A stretch of 63,276 bases of DNA, counting the filler, from Octopus bimaculoides (Eukaryota): assembly GCF_001194135.2 (NCBI RefSeq). It is 8 parts of 7 records of this genome, joined end to end, with 100 filler letters (N's around TTAATTAATTAA, not from the genome) between each part and the next. Parts side by side here need not be neighbours in the genome. Positions count along the whole stretch, not along the records: positions 34,523 to 56,322 come from NC_068998.1; positions 56,423 to 57,493 come from NW_026422027.1; positions 57,594 to 63,276 come from NC_068985.1; 5 more parts are not named here. The stretch is one strand, 5' to 3'. The first letter of the stretch is position 1. Each line of letters begins with the position of its first letter. Below the pieces are notes generated by a model. That model was given only the letters and a program-made list of their open reading frames with translations, had not been told where the DNA came from and searched no databases. This document shows positions 51,090 through 63,276 of this stretch, piece by piece. The translations under genes were made by a program, and so were the position numbers.

Positions 51090-51795
51090 AAATAGAGCGT
51101 ATACTTTAAGTATGATAGATAGAAGGCTATTTTAATCTAATACTACCTCAGTTGCGTACACCGGATTTTTATTCAGCAGAGTGGTTGTTCACAAAATCAG
51201 TAAATGTTTTATTCACTTTGCCTATACCAGAGGCGACAAATTCTAGTCCGAGTACGTGACTGGCTGCAAGTACGCGCTATTGAAAAGGCTTCAAACGGTT
51301 CAAATGCATCAAGCGTTCTCGCTGGTTGCTCTTGGGAAGAATTTTCATTTCCTTCTGGTATTTATAGCGTTTTTAAAGCTGTTCTTCTGTAACAGGTGCT
51401 ATCTCTGGCGAATACTACAATACCTAGCCTGTTGATAGTGTATATTCGTTAAATATGATTGCATATACTGGATTTTTATTCAGTCAGGCGACTATTTGCA
51501 GCATCAGTAAATGCTTTATTCCTTGTTTCCTATATCAGTATGTAGCTGGCTGCGAGTACGCACTATTGAAAAGGCCCCCAAAAGTCGAAATGCATCAAGA
51601 ATTCTCGCAGGCTGCAGCTGGGGAGAATTTTCGTGTCCGTCTGATATTTATAGTGTTTTTAATGCAGTTCTTCCATAAGAGATGTTATATCGGGATAAAT
51701 AGTGCAGTAACTGGCCTATCGACAGAGTATGTACTTTAAATATTATATGTTGATGGCTGTTTTAATTTAATACTGTTTAAATTGCGTCTACCGGA
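51090..51795. repeat. Diverged ~310-bp tandem repeat (~2.3 units)
   Basis: Unit starts CCGGATTTTTATTCAG (51161), CTGGATTTTTATTCAG (51468) and CCGGA (51791). Shared CTGGCTGC.AGTACGC.CTATTGAAAAGG and AAATGCATCAAG. Confidence 0.8.
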
Positions 51796-53559
51796 CGCGT
51801 AGTAGAGTTTATTCGCTTGAAACTGAGGATTCATTCTATCGGTACTCCGAGTTGTTTTTTTGTGTGTGTGTATGTGCGTGTGTGTGTGGGGGGGGGGTGT
51901 AAGTGACATGTTTGTAACGTACGTATACAGAAAATTGAGAAGGAATGAAAAGAAATATAAACTGCTAAAAGTATTTTTTATCAGTTAGTAGGGTGGGCCC
52001 TTTTCAAGGTTACCGAGACTGGAGGAAGAAAGGGAGAAAGGTATCCCCAAATTGGAGATATGATTTGAATCTTGCAAATCTAAAGGTAACCAAGGACCTG
52101 TGTTAAATCGGATGATGGATTAAGCCTACCATTCATGTAAATCACAGCATGATTTGAACGTATAAAGCAAAGAGGCGAATCAAATACCGTAAGGTATCTC
52201 ACCAATGCTCTCTTTGTTATCAATAGTCCATTGTCTTAGACTGCTACTTTATTTCATGCAAATGGGAAAGATAAAAGGCAATACTGATCTCGGTGGGAAA
52301 TGAACTCAGAGCGCTAGAACCTACGATAAATACTGCAAGACATTTCGTCCGACACTCTAACACTTCTGCCAATTCAACGCCTTGAGAGTGTTGGTAGACA
52401 TGATAGCAAACAGATCGATAAAGTATCTTGGCGCACATCAACCTGTGGGTCAGAGACAGTCTCTTCAGCTATGATTAATTTAGATGTGTTATGTTTTCAC
52501 ATGTTGAATAATCAATATGAGAAAGAATTTTCCTCAACAATGTTTATCGATAACACAAAACATTCTTGGTTTACATGATGTACACTTTTGTTGTGTGCAT
52601 GTTAAGTGTGTGAATCAAGAAGTAACGAAAGATGAGAGCTGGAATATCTCATATAAATTTATGACATTGGCTCCGGTTACAACAGGAATAATCTCTTTGA
52701 GAACAATTTGAGTGATGAGAATTATCTTACAAACGCAAATCTGAAGAAACATAGCTTATTGCCACAATAAGTAAAACTCCTTCTAGACATCTAAACACCA
52801 TAGTTTTATAAGCCCTCTAAAAGATTCTAGAATACTTTACGAAGTCTTTAGACGCGAAAATCAAACTTTCTTTTAATCTATCAACGTCCATCAAAAGCTG
52901 AAGTCAGTGATGACTGACTAGAAAAGACGCCATTAGGCGTTATGATAAAGTTCTGGAATATTACCAAAATTAACTCATCAAATATAGCACTATTAATTGT
53001 TATTGACAATTATGTCTAGTCAATATTCTCAAATTAATACTATTCGCCAGCAGTTTTGACTTTCTGGTTCGAATTTCAGGAAAACTATCAATTATAGTTG
53101 TGTCTGGCGAGAGTCATACTGTCCTGATAACCTATTATCTAACACACGCACAGGTTCGATTTCCACTCATTTATTATTTATATTTTTTTCCTTCCAAAAG
53201 TTTTCGTTGCTTTTGCAACCTTGTAAATGGATGTTGACTCTGTTATCGGAGCTGCGTTTCTTTCGTCCGTTTGTGCGCATGTGTGTGCGCCAGCGTGCAT
53301 GTGTGCTTGTGGATGTATGTATGTATGTATGCATGTATGTGTGTGTCTGCGTATGTGTGTGTGCACTTGTCAGTCCATATTACTTATGTTCCTATCTATC
53401 TACTTACCTATATCTATCTGTTTACCTACATATAATTTACCTTATATATATATATATCTCCCCCTTTTCTTAGCTCTCCTGAAAAAAGAATTTCTAACTT
53501 CCGGTCAGTCATTGTTATGATCAGCCATTATTATGATTGACCGTTGACTGGACACTATT

Positions 53560-53730
53560 CAATTTTTTTTCTCCGTGTTCTTCTCCTTGTCTCCGTATTC
53601 TTTCTGTTGAAGAGCGTAGCTCGAAACGTCAAAGACTTTCCGTATTCCCGAGCGTCATACTAATACATCCTTTTGTTATTTACACCACCTGTCCTCGTCT
53701 GTTGTTGTTTTTTCGTATATTCTCCCATAT
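53560..53730 (+). mobile_element. ~150-170 bp non-autonomous element with hammerhead motif and (TA)n end
   Basis: Aligns along its length with the reverse complement of 30419-30575 (e.g. CGAGCGTyATACTAATACATC...TACACCACCTGTCyTCGTCTGTTGTT...ATTCTCCC then TATATA). Confidence 0.65.
53599..53635 (+). ncRNA. Minimal type-I hammerhead ribozyme-like motif (Penelope/retrozyme type) with U at core position 6
   Basis: TCTTT-CTGTTGA-A-GAGC(GTA)GCTC-GAA-ACGT-C-AAAGA: 5-bp stem I, 4-bp stem II, palindromic ACGU stem III, GUC cleavage triplet ending at 53630. Confidence 0.6.
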
Positions 53731-53821
53731 ATATATATATATATATATATATCAGGTTTCACACACACACATAGATAGATAGATAGATAGATAGATAGAG
53801 CTATGAAAGATTTATATACTT

Positions 53822-54018
53822 TTCTATTATAGGCACAACGCCTGAAATTTGGTGGGAGGGGGCCAGTCGATTAGATCGACCCCAGTACACAATTTATCTA
53901 CCCCGAAAGGATGAAAGGCAAAGTCGACCTTGGCGGAATTTGAACTCAGAACGTAGCGACGGACGAAATACCGCTAAGTATTTCCTGCAGCATGCTAACG
54001 ATTCTGCCAGTTCGCCAG
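53822..54018 (-). mobile_element. Nin/Deu-core tRNA-SINE copy
   Basis: Same family motifs on the minus strand. Further copies at about 6298-6430(+), 10770-10925(-), 10945-11110(-), 25915-26043(-), 34090-34215(+), 43320-43510(-), 44160-44370(+), 46736-46915(+), 47395-47575(+), 52255-52382(-). Confidence 0.8.
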
Positions 54019-54720
54019 CTTTAAAAGATTTATATACTGATATAACAGTATAATAACCACCACTTTTTTTTTACTATTTATTGCACCGACTAGATGAGTT
54101 ATCGGACATTTTAGTTGTGCTGGTTAGTCTACGCGTTGTTAGCCATATTAAAACCAAGTTTATTTAATATTTACGAGGGAACCATTTATTTATACGTAAA
54201 CATTACCATAATTAGAATAGTTACATGCCGGAGGATGTACCGTTGATTACCAGTAGTGAGTAATGAATGTTGGCCTAGACTGATGTAGTTACGTTTTCGA
54301 GTGGGGCGAGAGGTGAGAATGGAGAATGTTCAGTATCGGTGCTTGAAGGAATGAGAATATTGTGTCCATTGTAGTCGAAGTTATCGTTTTTCACCCAAAT
54401 TCGAGCATTCTACGAAAAATCCTGTTCGCCTGTCTTCTCTCGGGCCTCCAAACCTTGCTGCGCGTGTTGCTCGCGTCTCATCCCTCTGCCACCGAGAGCT
54501 TAGCGCGAACCTCAGTTTATAGTCATGTTTTAACGGGAAACCATGGAAAACTCCATCGATTGTACAATTGCAGCTGAATCCAGAGCTAGACACCTGATAT
54601 GCTGTGGCCTAACGCAGTTTTAAATCTAAGCGCTGTTATACATTAATTAGCTTACGCTACTTATTTTTGTCATATAAAGGGAGATAACTCCAGAGTTTAA
54701 CATTTCAATGAATTTTTATA

Positions 54721-54762
<42 letters not shown>

Positions 54763-55216
54763 NNNNNNNNNNNNNNNNNNNNNNNNNNNNNNNNNNNNNN
54801 NNNNNNNNNNNNNNNNNNNNNNNNNNNNNNNNNNNNNNNNNNNNNNNNNNNNNNNNNNNNNNNNNNNNNNNNNNNNNNNNNNNNNNNNNNNNNNNNNNNN
54901 NNNNNNNNNNNNNNNNNNNNNNNNNNNNNNNNNNNNNNNNNNNNNNNNNNNNNNNNNNNNNNNNNNNNNNNNNNNNNNNNNNNNNNNNNNNNNNNNNNNN
55001 NNNNNNNNNNNNNNNNNNNNNNNNNNNNNNNNNNNNNNNNNNNNNNNNNNNNNNNNNNNNNNNNNNNNNNNNNNNNNNNNNNNNNNNNNNNNNNNNNNNN
55101 NNNNNNNNNNNNNNNNNNNNNNNNNNNNNNNNNNNNNNNNNNNNNNNNNNNNNNNNNNNNNNNNNNNNNNNNNNNNNNNNNNNNNNNNNNNNNNNNNNNN
55201 NNNNNNNNNNNNNNNN

Positions 55217-55283
<67 letters not shown>

Positions 55284-56107
55284 CCGAAATGTATAGTATT
55301 ATATATCCATCACGGCTAATCTTACCAATCGGTTCCGTGCTAGAAATACAACGGTGTGTTATGTAACAATCCGATTATACAACTTTGCGCTCATCAGAGT
55401 TAGCCGATATGGAAAGGAATATGGCAACTGCTCTCTATTGTCGGAGATGAATGGACACATCCGGTTTGCAGTTGCTGTGAAAAAGATGGTGAAACGAAAA
55501 TGAGCAGGGGATTAGGTTAGGAGTTATGTCCTTTGGTTGGTTTCGCTGCGAAGCCGGTAAGAGTTATCTTGGCGTGTTTGTGGGAAATGCGTGCGTGCTT
55601 ACGTGACCCATCATGACTACAACCACCAGTCCCCCAACTTCGGCTTTCCACTAATACCCTCAAGCCCGGCAAAGAGCTTGACCAGAGCATACACCAACGC
55701 ACCCACGTACATACCCGCATGCACCAACGCACCAACGCACCCACGTACATAGACTCACGCCCCAACAAGGCGGACACTTAACAAATGGACCGTTTTATGT
55801 AAGCGTTGTGTTTGAATATGCATGTATGTGTGTATGTGTGTGCATGTTTTCAGCCCTTAGTCATCCATCACATAAAAGGCCAGCCCTAAATCATCCATCA
55901 CTAAAACATCCATGCCAAATTGAACCCATTCCGTTACGTTTTAGCCGTAGTTCGATTTTTTAGAAATTGCAAACAAATCTCTTGGTAACAGTGCCCTTCT
56001 GTCTGAAATAAAGAAATAACACCTTATATAATGTAATATCAGACATAATCCGCTTCTCCAGCAAAATGTCGGTATTGCATAATGTATTTAAAAAGTGTTT
56101 CAGCCAT

Positions 56108-56322
56108 GACCAACCAACCAGCCAACCAACCAACCAACCAACCAATCAACCAGCCAGTCAACCAACCAGCCAACCAGCCAACCAGCCAACCGACCAAGCA
56201 ACCAAGCAAGCAACCAGCCAATCAACCAACCAGTCATCCAACCAGCCAGCCAGCCAACCGGCCAAAAAAATCAACATGTCAACCAACCAGCCAGCCAGCC
56301 AGCCAACCAACCAAACGGACAA
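56108..56322. repeat. Compound (CCAA/CCAG)n microsatellite
   Basis: Direct reading. Confidence 0.95.
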
Positions 56323-57680
56323 NNNNNNNNNNNNNNNNNNNNNNNNNNNNNNNNNNNNNNNNNNNNTTAATTAATTAANNNNNNNNNNNNNNNNNNNNNN
56401 NNNNNNNNNNNNNNNNNNNNNNGAATCTATATCTAAACCGTCTATATATATATATATATATATGTATGTATGCATGTAGTTGAAAAGTTTCATTATAAGT
56501 GTAAATATACCAAAAATAAGTATAAGAAATGCAGGAAAAGAGATGTTGCATCAAATTAGACTTAATAAAAAATTGGATTCAATACATACGCACATTTCGA
56601 AAGACAATACAAATATGTAAGAAAAAAATTATAATCATAGTAATTACAATTAAATTTATGCATTGTCATTCTCATCAGTATGATGAATTTTTGGAAGAAC
56701 ATCAAAAAAGGTTTAATGAAATAAAATAAAATAAGATACAATAAGGAAGAATACAGATGGGGAAATAGGGATGTGTGTATGTATGTATCTATGTATGACT
56801 GTATATCCTTATCTGTTAAGTGTATACGGTTCTTCTATCATTGTAAAAATATAAATATTTTTCCCTTCTGATATTCGTTTTTGTTCCTTATCTTTTTGAG
56901 TACCACTCCTACCCCGGGCTAATTTTTCAGTAAGAGAACTCTTTGGAATACACCCGCCGGTCACGTTTGTGATCGCTGATTTCATTTGCTAAGTTCTTTT
57001 GGGTTTTTTCGCTGCTTGTATGTACATTTTTATTGAAATATTATATCTTTTTCTAACATAGTCGTGCCTATCAGCTTGTAATATATATGTTTCTCGTTTT
57101 TCAATATTTTCAATATTAATATGTATACGTATACATCAATAGCTCTTTCCTGCTACTGAACCGTGGCGTTATATTCTACTATACACACGTGACATTTGTC
57201 TGCATTTTACTTCGTCTCGACCTGTTACTATTTCTTTAAAGTTATGTGTTAGATTTTTATTTTCATGTTATTGCTTACTGCACATTTAGACTTGCATACA
57301 CTTTGATATGTCTTTCTTTTTCTTTTTCGTCTCTCTCACTTTAATTATTATTTTTTCCCTTTTTACAACTTGTTTGTAAATATCTGATTTTTCCTTGTTA
57401 CCCCTTCTGTATTCTCCCTTATTGTATCTTATTTTATCTTATATTATTGTATTAAAACTTTTGATGTTCCTCTAAAAATTCCTCACTTATATANNNNNNN
57501 NNNNNNNNNNNNNNNNNNNNNNNNNNNNNNNNNNNNNTTAATTAATTAANNNNNNNNNNNNNNNNNNNNNNNNNNNNNNNNNNNNNNNNNNNNAATAATA
57601 ATAATAACGATAATAAAGATGTATGTACATATGCATGTATATCATTCTATATATGTGTGTGTGTGTACATATATGTATAC

Positions 57681-58065
57681 AAATTCATACAGGCGCAGGG
57701 GTGTCTGTGTGATAAGAAGCTTGCTTCCCAGTCACATGGTTCCGGGTTCAGTCCCAGTGCGTGGCACCTTCAGCAACTGCCTACAATCGCCTTGGGCCGA
57801 CCAACGCCTTGTGAATGAACGGAAAACTGAGGGAAGCCATCGTGTGCGTATGTATATATTTATATGTCTGTGTGCTTGTGTTTATCCATCATAATCGCTT
57901 GACAACTGATGTTGGTGTGTTTACGTCCCCGTAACTTAGCGGTTCGGGAAAAGTGACCAATAGAATAAGCACTAGCTTACAAAGAATAGGTCCAGGGCTC
58001 GATATGTTCGACTAAAGGTGATGCTCCAGCATGGCCGCAGTCATATAACTGAAACGAGAGAATTA
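57681..58065 (+). mobile_element. Composite tRNA-SINE (third family)
   Basis: tRNA-like head AGGCGCAGG..GGTTCAGTCCC and tail ..GTAACTTAGCGGTTCG..GCTCCAGCATGGCCGCAGTC. Related pieces at 42520-42936(-), 30610-30750(-), 28031-28213(+), 29494-29690(-), 49200-49385(-), 26460-26650(-), 62985-63215(-). Confidence 0.75.
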
Positions 58066-59097
58066 AAGACTAGTTTCAGGGTATTTGGCCTTTATCAATA
58101 TAGAGCAGCCGAAGCGAGCAGGTGTCGCTACTGACTGTCTCTTCGAAGGATCATTTACCTCAATTCAGTGGAATGCATCCACTGGTTTTCAAAAATAGAA
58201 ATATTAATATTTCTGTTCTATTTTTCTGGACTGCCATGTTATCTTGGCGATAACTATTAATATCCAGTACCGCTGCCGTAGTCTCATTTAGAGAGACTTG
58301 GGAATATTAAAATTTCTATTATTTAATTGTTAAACGTTTATATTTCAAAGTTATGTGTCTCTATTTTTGATTACTTGAATTATTCAGAAGAAAGATATCC
58401 AATAATGGGCTTCTGTGTGGCCACCACTTTCATAAGACTCATGGAAAGTTCCCTCACTTTTGTCTCGTTCCTACATTTACGTCATTCAGCGCTATGTACT
58501 TTCGACTCTATTGATATCATAAAGTACACAATATTTATTATTACAGTCTTATGCCAACGACCTACCAGCTTATATATACAACTCTCTGTTTAAACCTTAT
58601 CCAAAGATTTCTTTCCATTTATATTTGGGGTTCACATTTTATTTTTCATGAACGCAGCTAATACAAATATACTGTACATTTTCGATTTAAATAAATTTAT
58701 ATAAAGGTTTATTCAAGAAACAAAACAAAAATGTATCCTTCTGGAAGATAAAAAAATCATCAAATTTTATCATTGAAAGCAAAGATAAATATTGAAGATT
58801 TCAGAACATTTTTCGAAGAGAATATATAACATTTCCTAACTGGATTAGAAAGTATGAGTTTCATTTCAATAACATCGTTTTCTTTTTCAGTGTACAGGAA
58901 TGCTTATATGCACCAGCAAAATTATACTTGTATGTATGTGGGTTGATTTTTTTTTCTTTATAGATTCTGTATACATACATCTGTACACAGAAATATACAT
59001 TTATACATACATAGAAACATATATATATATATATATTCATAGACACACGCACTCACATGCATACGCACACACAAATGCATATATCTGTATGTATATG

Positions 59098-59137
<40 letters not shown>

Positions 59138-59839
59138 CATATACATACATATGCATGTCGATGTATCTATATTTATTGTGTATGCATTTCGGATGATGTT
59201 TGGTCTTATCAATATGGCGATGTGTATTTAGATATAAAGCTGAAGTTATATATAAATTGAAAGTAATGTAAACAATGAGACATATAATATTGCATTATGT
59301 GAGTATTAGATCTTCTATTGAATAGAAATCAAATTGTAATGATGTTCATTGATTTCTTATTTACATTTTATTTTTCATACAAGCAAACATAAATTTGTAC
59401 ATAAAATGGAATATTTCAAATGAATATAACTTTTTTTTCAACGGAAGGATATGGAATCATTCATCTTTAAACATAAAGTTATAAGGAAATATTTGGGGGA
59501 AACCTATCTTCAGAAATTGCCTCTGCATAGATTATCTATCGCGTACTTATAAAGAGAAGCAGGCGAACAGATTGAATGTAGATGTAATAAATAAAAATTC
59601 CTTTTCATCAGAACCAGGACCAATGTTTTAACCCGTTTATTGAAACGATTCGCCGAAATATTTGTGATTGATTTTCTTGTTCCCTCCCCTGTGTAATGGA
59701 ATACAATTCTAAAACCCTTAATCTGAACGCAGAGACGAGGGTTTAAAAACGTGTGTGTGTGTGGGGGGGGGGGTTATGTGTGGGTTTGTGTGTGTGCATG
59801 TGTGTGTATGTGTGTAATAATTGTCCTCTCTTGACCGAA

Positions 59840-60920
59840 AAAACCGTCACTGCACACAAAGAACCTTATATTTTACTCCTGTATCATTGTGCCTAATGAT
59901 CCCAGCTCTTCGTACACATTCACGTCCACAACTGCTGCTGAAGGAATCTTTTCCTATTCACTGCAGTGGGAATTCGTTTTCGAGCAGCTACCTTAAGTCT
60001 AATATGCGTTTTTCGTCAAAAGCTCTCGCTCATTTCTTTATTCGATTGCGACTTTACTGGCAATGACAATCATTGCTTTGCCACTTGATGTCGCAGGCTT
60101 TCAAAGAAAATTTCTACATTCCTTAAACCATTGTCTTGAGTTCTGCTGGATTCACTTTCCATAATCTTCTGTTTATAGATACTTTCATCCGAAAAATATG
60201 TCCGAAAAATACGTCCATTTCTGTGTAATAGGTGATTGTGTACCATGACAGAATGTTTGCAACATATTCAATGACAATATGACATTAGCAGGGGCACTCA
60301 AAAACTGTGGGTTCGTGTTTGGCAAGTTGAAATACTACTGGACGTGAGGTATCCAGCAGATTTTATTAAAACATATCCCTAAGAGGAGGTAATTCTGTTA
60401 TAAAACTGGATATACGGGGTACTTCTCTGGACATAAGCAGGATCAGTTTGTTCGCGCTTGAGATCACGGCACTCTCACATTCGTGAGACTGCGACCCACG
60501 TTGGCACTAAATATCTTGCATTTGGATCATATCAATTGGGTTGAAAGAGTCTATGGTGTGTCTATAATTTATCGTATCATGCCCTGGCATTGCTGACTAT
60601 TTTGCATGGGCATTCATGATTAATGGTCTATACAAATACATATACACACACACATACACATTTATATATATAATATATAATATATAAAATCCGTTCTGTG
60701 TGTTTTTACGGGATGAGCAGGAGAAACACCTAGAAGACGTAATCTCACCAGAAACATGTATAAAGCAAGGAGGATTGTAGAAAACCGACGGCAAGAATCT
60801 GAAGAGAGATGAGATTTTCTCAAGATCAGCAAATGCATGTTGCAGCACTTAATGCTGGATCATTAAATCAATGTTTTAATGATTAGACAGAGGTCCAGTA
60901 GAATAGCTCTCAGAAACATA
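59840..60920 (-). mobile_element. Heavily decayed RTE-clade LINE
   Basis: Collinear remnants AFADLEK..PP.FI, FFGHIFRM, SLKACDI, ARAFDEKRI and a terminal CGRECVRRAGIIRH zinc-finger-like motif. Many stops. Confidence 0.55.
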
Positions 60921-60949
60921 CTGCGTACAAATTTGTTCTTCACTACTCC

Positions 60950-61616
60950 TGAGGGTGTTTTCAGATATGGTCCAACTCATTCTTATAAAAATGAAAACTC
61001 TGTCCAAATTGATGTACTAAACACAAATTGTAATTTCTGTAGAACCTTATAATTTTCAAATAAAACAAATGGTATGTGCTGCTCAGGCTGTCAGGTAACA
61101 TTTCCAGAACTACCGGCTTCTTCTCAACATCTTATGGATCGTTTAGAAGGCACTTCAATCCAGTCAAAGGATTTTCTAAACAATATCAGGCAATACAACT
61201 CTGCAATTCAAATAACATCTTTTGGTGCACCTATGAAAAGAGATAAACATGAATTTACGCCGACGTCCAAAGTTCAAGTGGTTCCCCGTTACCCACAAAC
61301 GAAGAGCCACAGTTCCTCCACATTTAATTTATGAGTGATGTAGGACCACAACCCGAAAGTATATCCACTGACAGCTTTTCGGAGCGTTCAAAACTCACAT
61401 AAACCCCGACTCCAATTTTCCATGATATGTTAGGGCCTGAAATAATCCAAACGGACGCATAGCGTGTTGCTCCTTCGAATCAACCCAACATTTAGTCCAC
61501 AAACGTTTTGTTGTCAATGCTGCACTTCCCCATATCACCTGTTTCAACACAGCTGTAATATATTATATACAAACTATGCCATTTTAATCTCGAGCAACGC
61601 CGGGTATCTCTGCTAG
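60950..61616 (+). mobile_element. Helitron remnant (Rep N-terminal region + 3' terminus)
   Basis: FRYGPT..Y...GMCCSG.QV.FPELP...DFLNNIRQYNSAIQITSFGA...FTPTSKVQ. The 3' end GAGCAACGCCGGGTATCTCTG-CTAG|T is a GC-rich subterminal segment followed by CTAG. Confidence 0.85.
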
Positions 61617-61656
61617 TACATATATATATGTATATATATACATATATCTACCAATC

Positions 61657-61724
<68 letters not shown>

Positions 61725-63242
61725 NNNNNNNNNNNNNNNNNNNNNNNNNNNNNNNNNNNNNNNNNNNNNNNNNNNNNNNNNNNNNNNNNNNNNNNNNNNN
61801 NNNNNNNNNNNNNNNNNNNNNNNNNNNNNNNNNNNNNNNNNNNNNNNNNNNNNNNNNNNNNNNNNNNNNNNNNNNNNNNNNNNNNNNNNNNNNNNNNNNN
61901 NNNNNNNNNNNNNNNNNNNNNNNNNNNNNNNNNNNNNNNNNNNNNNNNNNNNNNNNNNNNNNNNNNNNNNNNNNNNNNNNNNNNNNNNNNNNNNNNNNNN
62001 NNNNNNNNNNNNNNNNNNNNNNNNNNNNNNNNNNNNNNNNNNNNNNNNNNNNNNNNNNNNNNNNNNNNNNNNNNNNNNNNNNNNNNNNNNNNNNNNNNNN
62101 NNNNNNNNNNNNNNNNNNNNNNNNNNNNNNNNNNNNNNNNNNNNNNNNNNNNNNNNNNNNNNNNNNNNNNNNNNNNNNNNNNNNATTCTAGTGCTAATTA
62201 TGGTTTTACTGATTCATTGAATGTCTTCCAATTTTAATAACTTTCTTACCTTCTTCAACAAATTAAAACTTTCAAACACATATGTCCTGTTTTAATTCAA
62301 TTCATCAAATAACGAAAAGAAAACAGCAAAAGAAAAAACATTAGTTTCAAGTTGCTTTACTTTTTAATATCGTTTTGCATCTCCAGCATTGGCACCTCAA
62401 TCATTTAGCCTAACATTTCATTTTGTAGTGATGTAATCATCGGTTTAATTAGAACATTACTATGAAATATGACTGCTTATTACATGTCAGTAACTCGATA
62501 TGGTGTTTGGCTCATAATTATAGCTTTATTTGAAAAAGTAATTGGGCTTACTATAACCTTTCTATCTGATGCAGACATAAAATAATGTAATCACTGCATA
62601 TCATTGTTAAAAGTCTAACTTTTTCTGACAATTTCAATGGTTTTTGATTTTTTTTTTCTTTTTATTTTCTTTCATATTCTTGATTCGTTGTAAAAACCTG
62701 AAAGCTTATTACGTTTTGCACCTTAGCAGACACAGTCAAAATAACTTGAAATGGAATTCTTGATTTAACTATTCTTCACACACAGTTATTTTTTTTTTTT
62801 TAATTGTTGCAAAATGGCACAATGTTTATAATTGCGTGTCACACCCGTGATCTGACAGAATGAAATGAGATTAATTACGTGAATTTTTACTTTTAGGGTT
62901 GTAAATGTTTACTAATCACCAAAAGCCAACAAATTCTTATATGTAAATTTACAATTATTTAACCAGATGTTTTTATCTTACGTGTTTTACTTGTTTCAGT
63001 CATTAGACTGCGGCCACGCTGCAGCATCGCCTTCTAGAATATTAGGCAATGAATAGGCCCCAGAAGTTTATTTTTGTTTCTTTTATTGAAGCATGGTACT
63101 TGTATTATCGTTGTCTTTCACCGAAACCCTACGTTACGGGGACGTAAACCCACTAACAACAGTTCCAAAGCAGTCATTGGGAACAAACACTGACACAAAG
63201 ACATACACACACATATAAAAACTCATACACAGACACACACAC

Positions 63243-63276
<34 letters not shown>

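Overview
AT-rich, microsatellite-dense eukaryotic genomic DNA. The SINE families and repeat load suggest a cephalopod, probably Octopus (inference, not verified). Seven identical artificial 100-bp spacers (44N-TTAATTAATTAA-44N) split the window into eight joined pieces, and there are many other N gaps, so most six-frame ORFs are gap or microsatellite artefacts. One protein-coding gene is well supported: a two-exon, minus-strand, bacterial-type phosphatidylinositol-specific phospholipase C (PI-PLC X domain). Its CDS is join(36383..35741, 34929..34745), 275 aa. The ORF track misses the last exon, which carries the catalytic Asp of the 'IDFP' motif. Other notable items are two copies of a ~150-bp (TA)n-tailed element carrying a minimal Penelope-type hammerhead ribozyme fold with U at the normally invariant core position A6, and an orphan plus-strand coding-exon candidate at 32974-33154. 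The window also holds many transposon relics (Tx1/L1, RTE, R4/Dong, Penelope, Helitron, Tc1, mariner, pogo/Tigger and hAT MITEs, tRNA-SINEs) and several long inverted repeats.
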